This document shows positions 11,931 through 22,893 of a DNA stretch of 64,000 nt, in pieces. How positions within the stretch are numbered: the stretch's first letter is position 1; the number at the start of each line of letters is the position of its first letter. The DNA comes from Callorhinchus milii (Eukaryota). Below the pieces are notes generated by a model. The model saw nothing but the letters and a program-made list of their open reading frames with translations. It was not told the origin of the DNA and did not search any database. Position numbers and translations under genes: made by a program. The stretch is from assembly GCF_018977255.1 (NCBI RefSeq), contig NW_024704742.1, forward strand, positions 126,048,001 through 126,112,000. The letters are read 5' to 3'.

Positions 11931-12807
11931 TATATCAAATGCAAGGATTATTATGATATTATTTATAACTGGAGCACTATACAATGCTTTCTATAGCAAC
12001 ATAAGGACATCACTCGCATCATCGCACAGTGTGACGTGAATTCTGGAAAGTAAACTGGTTAGAGAGTTGTTCTGCAGTTGGAAGTCACTGACCTCTTTTG
12101 TTTGAAGCACAGAGGGTTGGTAGCGCAGCAAAGCTTTTAACCCAGGCTCGAAATTCTGTGTTCATGAAAAATTGAGGAAATAGAGCTAACAGCTAACAAG
12201 GGGAAAATAAGGGCCACGTTACCAGCACACAAAAACACATTGTTCTTTCAGGTTGTGGGATTGAGTTGAACACAGACAAATTGTCCGTTAGCACAGATAT
12301 TCTAACTGTGGTTACACACCTTTTGATTTTCCCCTAGTGTTAATCAATAGAAGAATTTTTGAGCCCACTTTTTGGTTTCATTTTGGCACAGTTCCAGTTC
12401 TGAAAATATACAGGTAGTTTCTACAGGACATGAACTCAAGCTGTTCAGTACAATGTCAAATTTGACCTGAAGAAGCAGTCTTGCCATCAGATGCCCTTTT
12501 AGATATCAAGGCAGTTTGAGACATCCTCCGATGCTGTATTAATGCAAATTGTATTGTATCAAAGCTTCGGAAGATTCTGATTAACTTTAGTCCTCTTTTA
12601 ATTCTGTTCAATTTGAGAACATAAGAATTTGCTAGGTCCATCTAGTTTGCCTTCCACCATTCTGAAAGGTCGCTTGACATGTCGTGTCCCAAATCATTTC
12701 TGCTGATTTTTTTTTGATGCTTCCCCTTTGTAGGCTGAGCAAATCCTCGGGTAATTGATTGTGATTCTGGGTTGGATTTGTGACTAAAACTAAGAGGGGG
12801 AAGGAGT

Positions 12808-13126
12808 TGGAGTAACTGTAGCTCAGTGGTTAGAGCACTCGCTTTGCAAGCGAGAGACCTGAGTTCAATTCCAGGCAGGGCGAAACCTTGGGCAAGTTTC
12901 CTTACTCCATACGCCTAATAATAATCCCTCCAAAAACCCAAAACATAATACAATTGGTCATTTTCAATCTACGACTGTTTGTGGGACATTGCTGTGCGCA
13001 ATTGGCTGCCGCGTTCGCCCACAAATATAGTCAATTCACTTTACAGTGTGTTCTGTGAAGCGCTTTGGGACGTCCTCCTGACGTGAAAAGCGCTATATCA
13101 AATGCAAGGATTATTATTATTATTAT
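12808..13126 (+). mobile_element. tRNA-Ala-headed SINE, short form
   Basis: Near-identical to 6275-6590; intact tagctcagtggttagagc and gagttcaattcc. Confidence 0.92.
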
Positions 13127-13236
13127 AACGCTGATTTATAAAAAAGGCGTTAACCTCAGGTCTATAGGTGATCAGCTCAGCCATATGTCCATTCATCAGG
13201 TCTCTCAAACCTCAAATTAATTTCTTCTGTTAAATT

Positions 13237-13417
13237 CAGGGTGATCCAATGATAGGCCCGAGGGCCACATCCAGCCTGAGGGGTGAATTCATCCGGGCCT
13301 ACCCAATCCCTCCATAATCCGTATGTTATGTTATGTTTCTGAAAGGAAAACACAAAAATATTACTTATGTGGCCCGCAGACATTTCTCAAATAGGGCATC
13401 TGGCCCTCAGCACCCTG
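13237..13417. mobile_element. hAT/Charlie-like MITE remnant
   Basis: Ends cagggtg...caccctg; subterminal ggcccgagggccacatccagcc and tgtggcccg motifs; 8-bp flanks gttaaatt and gtttagat (5/8 match). Confidence 0.55.
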
Positions 13418-14324
13418 GTTTAGATTATTACCACCATTGAACGTAGAAACAAAACTGCATTTTTATATAAAGAAATAAGAAATAAAAGCAAGACTATGCC
13501 AAAGGTTTTGTTGCAATTATTTGTTAAAAGGGCGACTGATTATAAGATTCTCCCAAGTTTCTTAATATATTTAAGAGCATATGAACATGTGGAGCATCTG
13601 GGAAAGCATAATGACATCATAAAATGAAACTTACAGGAAAGCTTTATCATTTCATTTAGAGTAATGTGTCCCTGAATTCGGCTTTATGTATTATAACCTG
13701 CCTGTAGAGTTTCTGTGAACCACATGAAACCGGTTTTTGCTGGGATCTATTTTAAACCACTCTCAGCACAGTTCCAATATAGCTCAAGCAGAGATACCAG
13801 GTCCCTGCAGAATTGAGGGCAACCTCAAAAAAGCACATTCCACCTGACTAATTAGGATCAGAGACACCACCTCATTCACTGCGCTTGTATGTACTGAGCA
13901 GGGTCAATGGTCCTTTCAGGTCCATTGAAGCAGGAAATGAAAAATACAATTAGAAAAGCTTCCACATCTTATGAAACATCAAAACAATCCAATATTACTG
14001 TTTTCCCTTCTTACGCAGTGGAAGTGATATTAAATAAGCAGAGGAGATTCATTAAGGGAAGCGGGGAGAGAGAGAGTGAGAGAGAGAGAAATTAATTAAA
14101 AAGAACAAAAGGTGATTTAGTCGTAGCACGGACACAATGTGCCAAAGGACTTCCTCTTTTGCTGAAAATGTCTACATTTCCATGAGTGATAAAGTTCAGG
14201 AAGGTGACTTTCAAACCGTGTGATCTTTGAGTTCTGTGTTCCTGTACATATTGATCAAAAATTGTTTACCCCAAGCTGATATTACACACATTTCCACTTC
14301 AGGAACACCACCTCTGCTGAATTT

Positions 14325-14780
14325 CAGTGGAGCCCCATTATAATGAGGTGGTTAGGATCCACTAAAATCCCAACCCAGGTATTAGCAAGGACGAGTAGCA
14401 GATCAGCTCGATCCTGCAAGATGGCTGGTTCCCGTGCTTGCAAAAATAGTAGACTTCCAGATCATCAGGTTGCCGCTGATGTCACCTCCTGTGTGCTTTG
14501 CACACACAGAGCAAGCAGTGATGTCAGTAGCTACCCAATGACCATTGTTATTGCGTAGGAAGCTAAAAGGGCTGACTTCCAGGTCATCAGATCTTCCCCA
14601 ATGTCACTTCTTCCCATAATGCACAGGAAGTGATGGTGATGGTGACCTACTGACCCAGAAGCTGGCCATTTTAATACAGGAGCCAGTCAAAGAATATTAA
14701 GCGAGCAGGAAGGCTGCGCTCATACGCAGTGAATGTGATCCACACGTTATAAGGAAATGCCTTATAATGGGGCTGTACTG
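14325..14780. mobile_element. Non-autonomous Tc1/mariner (pogo/Tigger-like) MITE
   Basis: 19-bp terminal inverted repeats cagtggagccccattataa (14325-14343) and ttataatggggctgtactg (14762-14780), 17/19 match. CAGT start is typical of Tigger-like TIRs; flanks are TT rather than the canonical TA. Confidence 0.65.
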
Positions 14781-15355
14781 TTCTTAGAGAGCAAAATAAT
14801 TTTACAGCTGGAATAGGTACTACTTTGTTGTTTTATGAGAATGTGCAATGCCCACACAGATTTAAAATGTCTTTTCAAATGGAACAAATGATGCTATTGA
14901 GAATTATTGGCTGAAGCACACTAAGTCAATTCGACAAACAGGCTGTCTCCAGCTTATTGTCTGAGCAACAGAGATGAACATAGTTTCCCCAGAGCTGAAT
15001 CATTAACTCAACACCAACCCAGTGATGTAAAAGTCAATGGGTTATTTGTAAACCTGGAGTGTGTTGCTGATGATGTCAATGGGAACCTGTCAGTAACAGA
15101 ACCAAGTGAAAATTAATTCCCCATTAGGCAAACGCACGGTATAAATATAGCAAGTCCCAGGGAACAGCAGAAGTTGGAGAATCCTACTTGTGATATCTCA
15201 CTCATTTATAAAGGTTTGAGGGATCCAGCATCACAAGAATGCCTTGTGGGATTCAGTTTGAGCAACACACAGAACCCTCAACGTTACCCATGTTGGAAAT
15301 CCTGTGCTTAGATTTAATTTAACTACCTTTAAGTCTTTATGTAGTGTAGTCCTTT

Positions 15356-15664
15356 TGTGTAGTCCTGTGGTTAGAGCACTCGCTTTGCAAGTGAGAGACC
15401 TGAGTTCAATTCCAGGCAGGGCGAAACCTTGGGCAAGTTTCCTTACTCCACACACCTAATAATAATCCCACCAAAAACAAAAATTAAATTGGTCATTTTC
15501 AATCTACGACTGTTTGTGGGACATTGCTGTGCGCAATTGGCTGCCGCGTTCGGCCACAAATATACAGTCAATTCACTTTACAGTGTGTTCTGTGAAGCGC
15601 TTTGGGACGTCCTCCCAACGTGAAAAGCGCTATATCAAATGCAAGGATTATTATTATTATTATT
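15356..15664 (+). mobile_element. tRNA-Ala-headed SINE, short form, with A-box deletion
   Basis: Same family; agctcagt is missing from the head. Confidence 0.9.
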
Positions 15665-15864
15665 TATCTTCCAACTACCTAGCTACTTCCTTCTTGAAAC
15701 CCACGCAGTTGTGGCTGGTAATCATCAACCTTGCAATTGATCTCCCACGATTTAAATAAGAGGGCGCCGGTGAAGAGCCTTAAGGTCAACTGTGATTCAA
15801 AATCACCCGTATCTCTCGAGTATGTGGATGGTTTCACACAATTGATAGGAATAAGAAACTCGAA

Positions 15865-16725
15865 CAGGAAACTCATGTACACCATGGAAGGAACAGAACT
15901 TGCCAAAGGGGAAGCTGAAAGGGATCTAATCGTGTTGGTTGGCTCATCACTTGCAATGTCAAAACAATGTGAGACAATAAGCTAAACAGGATGCTGGGCT
16001 GTATTGTTAAATCAGTTGAGTGCAGATCCACAGAGGTCATGCTCAGGCCTTCCAGTGCTTTGGTCATGCTGCACCTAGTTCTGGTCACAGTGACATAATG
16101 GGGGTTGCCCAGACTATATAGGCAGTGCACAGGAGAGCAATGAGTGTGGTTTTATTTTTGGTCAGGTGTCTGACAAATGTAGAAACCCATCACCATGCTT
16201 AAGAGTATCTCAGCCACACTGAGAGTTCCATGTATCCAACCTACACATGGAAATTCCCATTTATTGGAATGGAACGCACACTCTCCTCCTTGAGAGACGC
16301 ATCCTGCTTAGCGCAGGCAGGTGATCCCCTGTATTAGAAGAGTGAGATAAGCAATGGTTAGACAAGCTGGGGCTCTTCAGTCTTGAAAGTGATGACTCAA
16401 AGGGAACCTCTTAGAGGTGTATTTGATCTTACAACGGATTCAGAAAGTAAACCCACATCAATACTTTCAGAATGGCCAAGACAATAGAATATGGGGACAT
16501 AGGGTTTAGAGCTGCAAAGAGCAATTTCACAACAGGCACCATGAAGTATTTCTTTACTCACGTAGTATTTAATGACTGGAACAGGTTTCCAGGAAAGATG
16601 ATTGAGGCCAGGACACTGAACTCATTCACAAAAACAGCTTGGTAATGTAATAGCTAGATGGTAGGCAATTACGAGATCAAATGGGCAGAAAGGCCTTCAT
16701 TGTAACCAGTCTTGTTATCTTGTGA
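15865..16725 (+). mobile_element. Old CR1 LINE 3' portion, interrupted at about 16147-16322
   Basis: AERDL.VLV, ANRMLGCI, (V)HRRA.., RLDKLGLFSLE, YFFTHVVFNDWN; 3' end near 16720. Confidence 0.75.
16152..16310 (+). repeat. Unidentified ~160-bp dispersed repeat, copy 1
   Basis: Inverted homolog at 59523-59682; this copy interrupts a CR1. Confidence 0.75.
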
Positions 16726-19700
16726 CGAGGGAAGGAAAGCATTCAATGAGCCATCCCATGCTGCTTTCACATAGCTCCGAGCAATGAGGCCAAGTAGCAG
16801 AGGACTGAATCAAGCTGTCATAGTCAGAAAGAGACTCACAGAGCTGGAGAAAATAATAAAACTGTGTGAGGGAGGAAAGATTCTACATTGGGGTATGATA
16901 ATTATCAGCGCTGATAATTCTCAGATCACATAATGCATTTTCCCCCCTACTGAAAAAGGTGAAAGAACAAATTCATTTTTTTAAAAATGGTTGCTTAATG
17001 TTAATATTAACTGCAGTGTACAATTCACCTAGCAATCACCATGGTGGAGTTGCACCAGAATTCATAGCATAAGCATGTTCTATTTCGCCTTGCCTCTATT
17101 TTGTCTAAACAATATGAATAGGGCGCTATATCAAATGCAAGGATTATTATTATCATATATGTTCCAATAGTCTCCGGTGCTCAACATCCATAAAAATTCT
17201 TGAATGAACTGTCGATAGGACTTTTCAGTTTTTGGTACCATCTCCTTGAAAGTTTGGATTTTGGGAAAATTTGACAGAACTCTTGTTTTCACTGACTCAG
17301 TTAATTCTGCTTTGTGTTTGCAGTGTTCATCAGTAATTACGGAATTTGAAGTTTTCCATCTGTTCTAGTATCTGGTTGATCAGCATTGCCTTTTCAGAAG
17401 TTCTGGGTGACACATTGGGTTCTCACATTGCCCTTTCAACTCAATCAACACAGAAACAAAGTGATGAGGGATTAATCTGTGCTATTTTATAAAAGGTTCT
17501 ATGTGAAATCAGTTTTACAAAATTTCCCATAGCATGCCAATAAGGCATCCCCACTTTCCCCTTGATCAAGACCTATCTCAAGGCTTAACACTTTGACCAT
17601 GCTTTTGATCATCTTTCCGTCATCTTTGCCTATCCACCCTCCTCAGTCTGAATCACTTTGAGACGTCGTCCCGACACGAAAGGCGCTATATAAATATAAA
17701 TTGCATTGTAATAACTTTCATTCAGAGTGCATCAAGTAGGCCTGGAGAAGGATAGTTTTTTTGTGTGTGTGTCGTAACATGTATGTTTTTTTGTGTGTGT
17801 GAACTCTCTTACTGGAGGAACGCACGCTGATTACTTAATTCCATAGAATTTAGGTGCAGGTTAACAAGAACTAAGGCTGGTGCAGTGGGGTAATGCCAGA
17901 GTTGAACCAAGTAAAATTACATAATCTACCATTGCAGTTCACTGGCAAGCTTCTCCATTGATTGCTCATACCACCAAACATGTTAAGGCAAATGGAAGTA
18001 TTATACAGATCCAGTAGTTGGTTCCCTTAAGACGCAAGAATCTGGTAACCTGGTAATATTAGAGATTAAAATAAACATATTAACCCTTTGAAAACTAGAC
18101 TAGTCTATGAAGGGTAACTAGTTATGAACCGATGTCAAGATGCATTGATGACATAGTGTTGATAGATCTTTGCCCAACAGAACTGGAGTTGCTTGATCCT
18201 GAAAATGCAGCAAAATTACTGTTTTGACCTTGATAAACATGCATGCACACAAACCTAAGGGAAAGTAACAGCATTGCTTTTTGAGGTGAAAGTTTTAATG
18301 CCAGTTCACACAAGGTATTTCTGTTTTGCCTTTTAGATCTTGGGCCACTGAATTAATTTAAGACGTATTTTCTTGGTTAATTGCTTCATGATGTAATTGT
18401 GACAATCCTGCTAACTACTCAGTTTTACTTAAAGAACATAATTTTTTTATGCGATACACGTAGCTGTGTAAAAACTGAATTTGAAGCATTACTAAGTTTG
18501 AATAATCACAAAAGCTTCTCAAGTGCTTGGGAACATTCACAGATCCTTCCTCTAATTACTTTGCTCCAGGGTTTATGTGGCTTTACTTTTTGCTAATTTC
18601 TGCCTCACTCCTACATTAGTTTTCACAAAACTCCATAAAAAGGTGTTTCGCTCTGACGTGTGTGGAACATTGTGTCTAAGTTTATTAGGTCAATGCTGCA
18701 TTGGTTAACTCCTTCCAAAAGAACTGGATAGGAATCTGCTTGAGAACTGGACTGGATAATGTTGAGACAAGTATATAAAAACAATACAATACAATTTACA
18801 TTTATCTAGCGCCTTTCATGACAGGAGGACATTTCAAAATACCTGTTGGCTGGGCATCCAAGCTTGGTATGGGAGCTGAATAGGATGGGAAGGGGAAAGA
18901 TGACCAAAAGCTTGGTGAAGTCTTCAAATGGTCCTTGAACAAGTGGAGGGAAGGAGGGACTTAAGTATGGAGTTTCAGAAACTGGGGGCAGATTTTATCC
19001 TACGTGAAAGACATTCTGTAAGTGTAATAAACTGCACTTACATAGCACCTCTCACATAGGATAATTCTCAAAATAATCACAGGAACAAAGTGAAACCCCA
19101 AACAAGGTGGGAATAGGAGGTTGAAGGGAAGGCATAGTTGAAGAGGTAAGATTTTCAAGACAGGAAAGATGGATTTGAGATGGGTGGGGTAGAGTTACAG
19201 AGAGCAGGGGACTGAGATGAACAAATACTCCCTGGTCACAATGATTTGTTTGCAGTTAAAGCTGGCGGAAAGGTTGACTGTGAATTGAAGGAGGAGAGAT
19301 ATGGAGATATGGAATGGAGATATTTTGTTTCATTGACTTAGGGTCCAATAGATGTCATAATACAGCATTTCACATCCTCCCGACGTGAAAGGCGCTATAC
19401 AAATGTAATTTTGTATTGAATATGGAGTTTACCCCCAGGAGGTCGAATGGTTCGTGAAGTTTATGATAACTTAAGGTTTAAATGGACCTTGGAGGAAGCA
19501 AATGTTAAATGACCTCTTCCTTATTCCTTGCTTTATGATGTTCCTCAACTGTTTTTTTTAACAAAGTAACATTTTAAAAAACAGTGACTTCAGGGGCTTT
19601 TGCCTATGATGTTCTCTGTATAATATGGCTCTCAAAATTCTGTTTATATGTAACTAAGTGCCAGCCTTAGTCAGTTGGTAGCAGTCTTACCTTTAAATAG

Positions 19701-21002
19701 AGGTAACAGGTCATTTTAACATCTCAACTGAAGGATAGCACCTCCGACAATGTAGTGTTCCTCCAGCACTATACTGGAGTGTCAACATAGACAATGTGAA
19801 TCAAAGTACTGATTCACGTTAAACTTTAAAGTTGCTTTTTTTATGTAAAAGAAAAACTTTCGTCTTTGTCAAGGTGAAGGAGGGGCTTGGTGGTAGCAGA
19901 TGGAACACATTCCTATATCAGGAAGCTGGTATCAGCATCAAGCACTCCAGGGTTGGTACAGTATAGTTGTGTACAGTGTAAGGATCCTTTTACTCCAGTC
20001 TAACAGCATTCTCATACCTCATCAACAATTATATTTTCCAGTCAAACCAACCTGTGGCCTCCCTCAAGGATTTTGCCACTTTAGTGCTGAATTAAGGGAA
20101 AGCTTTTTTTCCCCACCTCGAATCTACTAGGAATTGCATTGAGACTGCAGAAGTTCACTTTAAATAGAATTTTTACAAACCAGAACACATTGTAATCACA
20201 TTAGTGGTCACAGAGATGAAGGGTCAATTAACTAACCCATTGTCCAGGGAGACCTAATTTTTGGAGTTGACTCATTCCATTTATGTATGGCACAAAAATA
20301 TGAGTGCTGGTTTTCGGACCATTTGGAAATCTTGTCAAAAGAAGATTTACAAATTGAAAAGGGATTGCAATGTCTTCTCGCTCAGTCGATAAGTGCTCCT
20401 CATGTTGTGGCTTAACTATACAGACCAAGAAGATGCCAGATTTCATGCCCAGTCTGTGCTGAGTCAGCTAATCTCAATCAAGTTGAGTGGAGTAATTGCC
20501 GTTCATGATATTCACAGGATGAAATCAGCAATGGGAACCATGTACAAAGCAATGGGAATCGAATGCAGAGCGATGGGAACTGAGTACTGAGCATTTGAAC
20601 GCTTAGTCAGGAAAGGTACCTTCCAAAGCTCTAAAAGAGCAACAACTCGAACATATATAGCAACTTTCACAAGGAATGAAACATCCCTGCGCTGAAACAA
20701 TTCAAAGAGCTTCAAACAACTTTGGCATCAAGCATGTGCCCTTTTCTTTCTTGTTTAGTTTGAAAGAAAAAAACTTTGGTTTTTCACTGGTTTCCACGTG
20801 CTGCGAATTTGATGTTGCAGAAAGCACTAACACAGCCAAGCACCAAGCTTGATGCACAGCCTTTGGTTGTCAAAGCTTTTCACAGCAGCTGTGACAATGT
20901 GATGTACAGGATCCAATGGCTGCTTTCACTACATTTTTGCATAAATTGAATCCCACAGGCAGATCCATTCTAGAATCTGTAGAACAACACTTAAATTTAT
21001 AT

Positions 21003-21418
21003 TAGCCTGGCTCGGTTGGTAGTACTCTTGCCTCTGAGGTTGTGGGTTCTAGCCCCACCTAAGGACTTTGAACTCAGAGTCTTAAGATGACATTCCAATA
21101 CTGTGCTGGGGCTGTGTATCATTGTTGGAGTTGCCATCCTTTCGATGAGATGTTAAACTGAGGCCTGTCTGCCTGTTCAGGTGGATTTAACGATCCATTG
21201 GCACTATTAAAAAAGAGAAAGGAGTTTCTACCTGTGTCCTGGCCAACTATCCCCCAGATTAAATTTGTTATCCCGCATTACGGCTATTTGTGGAACATTG
21301 CTGTGTGTAAGTTGGCTGCTGCATTCGCTACAAAATATATACTTTACAGTATAGCACCTAAGCACTTTGAGATGTTCTCCGATGTAAAAGGCACTACTTC
21401 AAATATATGGATTATTAT
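21003..21418 (+). mobile_element. Deu-domain (SacSINE-like) SINE, full length
   Basis: tRNA-like head agcctggctcggttggtagtactcttgcctctgag...gtgggttc; central gatgagatgttaaactgaggcctgtctgcctgttcaggtgga...ggcactatt, resembling the DeuSINE domain as I recall it; L2-type tail. Confidence 0.75.
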
Positions 21419-21676
21419 ATAGCTTTCACATAAGAGAATCAACTCAAAGCGCTTCTTAAAATGAAAATAATTAGAAATGAGTGAATATTATGCTCCAGCC
21501 ATGTCCCACAAACAGCAATGAGATGGATAGCCAATAAGTTAGACATTTTTGGAGTGAATTTGGATGAGACAGGGATATCGCCATGATAACTGGGAGATAT
21601 CTTTAGGAATACAGTAAAACAGGATGGGCCACTTCTTTTCCTGTGAATTACATGACTAAGTAATTACCTGTAATTA

Positions 21677-22097
21677 CAATAACAACAACAACCACAAGAT
21701 TCCATTTATAGAGCGCCTTTCACATCGGGAGAACGTCCCAAGGCTCTGGACAGTTGGGTCAGGACCCGAGCAGGGGGGAAATGGTCAGGGTGAGAGGAGG
21801 GAAGGGAGGGAGCGAGGAGGGGTAGAGAGTCGAGAGCGGAGCTGAAAGCACGGTCAAAGAGAAAGGTCTTGAGACCGGCCTTGAAGGAGGAAAGGGAGGA
21901 AGCAAGGCGAAGGCACTGGGGATGGAATTCCAGAGCCTAGGGGCTGAGAGACTGAAGGCCCGGCCACCGATGGTAGGGCGGTTGGGGCGGGGGATGAGCC
22001 AGAGGAACGGAGGGTACGGGCAGGTAGGTAGGGGGATAGTAGGTCGGAGAGGTAGGAGGGAGCAAGGCCATGAATGGCCTTGTAGGTGAGGATGAGG
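21677..22097 (-). mobile_element. L2 LINE 3' fragment (young subfamily), antisense
   Basis: Reverse complement matches about 8050-8477 ([20 protein letters not shown]); (CAA)n tail on the + strand. Confidence 0.92.
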
Positions 22098-22652
22098 AAG
22101 CTGTACAAGGAATTACCTCTTTGTTTTTCTCAATGTTGTACCATTTCCAATAGTAATAATTGCATTTGACATTGTACCTTATAACTTTAAAACATCTCAA
22201 AGCATTTTATAGGGAATTGGCGTGAAGTATAGTAGATGGGTATTTGTAAGTGAATTGCAGACCTAACTTGCCCACAACAATATCCCACAAATAGAAAATA
22301 AGTGAGTGACCAGTTTTATCTGGAGGATTGTTTGGCAGGCACTGGAAGAAGTTTCCTTTTCCTTTTGAATAGTGCCATGTGATCATTAATATCCATCTAA
22401 TCAGTCAGACATGATATTTAGTGACACATCCAAAATTCCAGATGTCTTACAAAGTTCATTCAAAGAATGCTGTTTAGGAGAAAGGATTTGATTTGTTTGT
22501 TCATTCTTGTATCTCTCGATTGACGCCTTTTTCTTACACAGATGTGAGGTGAGCTGAGACATGTGGGGATTGTGAAGGAATATTCAATGCAGTGCATATT
22601 AATCTTCTGCTTTGCTGCACTTCAGTAAAATTCTCACCCCCTTTCTTCCCAG

Positions 22653-22893
22653 GAGATTGTCAATTTCAACTGCCGCAAGCTGGTAGCCACCATGCCCCTC
22701 TTCGCCAATGCTGACCCAAATTTTGTGACTGGCATGCTGAGCATGCTACGATTTGAGGTATTCCAACCTGGAGACTACATTGTTCGTGAGGGCACGATAG
22801 GCAAGAAGATGTATTTTATCCAGCATGGGGTTGCTGCTGTCATCACTAAATCCAGCAAGGAAATGAAGCTATCGGATGGCTCATACTTTGGAG
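22653..22893 (+). CDS. HCN1: HCN1 coding exon (equivalent to exon 6), end of C-linker and CNBD beta-roll
   Basis: Acceptor ctttcttcccag|GAG and donor GGAG|gtcagt; 241 bp, phase 0/1. Encodes [91 protein letters not shown] is HCN1-type. Confidence 0.96.

Noticed and set aside
12808..12890. Genuine tRNA-Ala(TGC) gene
   Set aside because: It is followed by a SINE body and L2-type tail with no oligo-T terminator, occurs in multiple dispersed copies, has an imperfect T stem and lacks G3:U70.
22650..22655. NAGNAG acceptor (CAG GAG) giving a one-Glu-shorter isoform
   Set aside because: GAG is a poor acceptor and is dictated by the Glu codon; there is no evidence of use.
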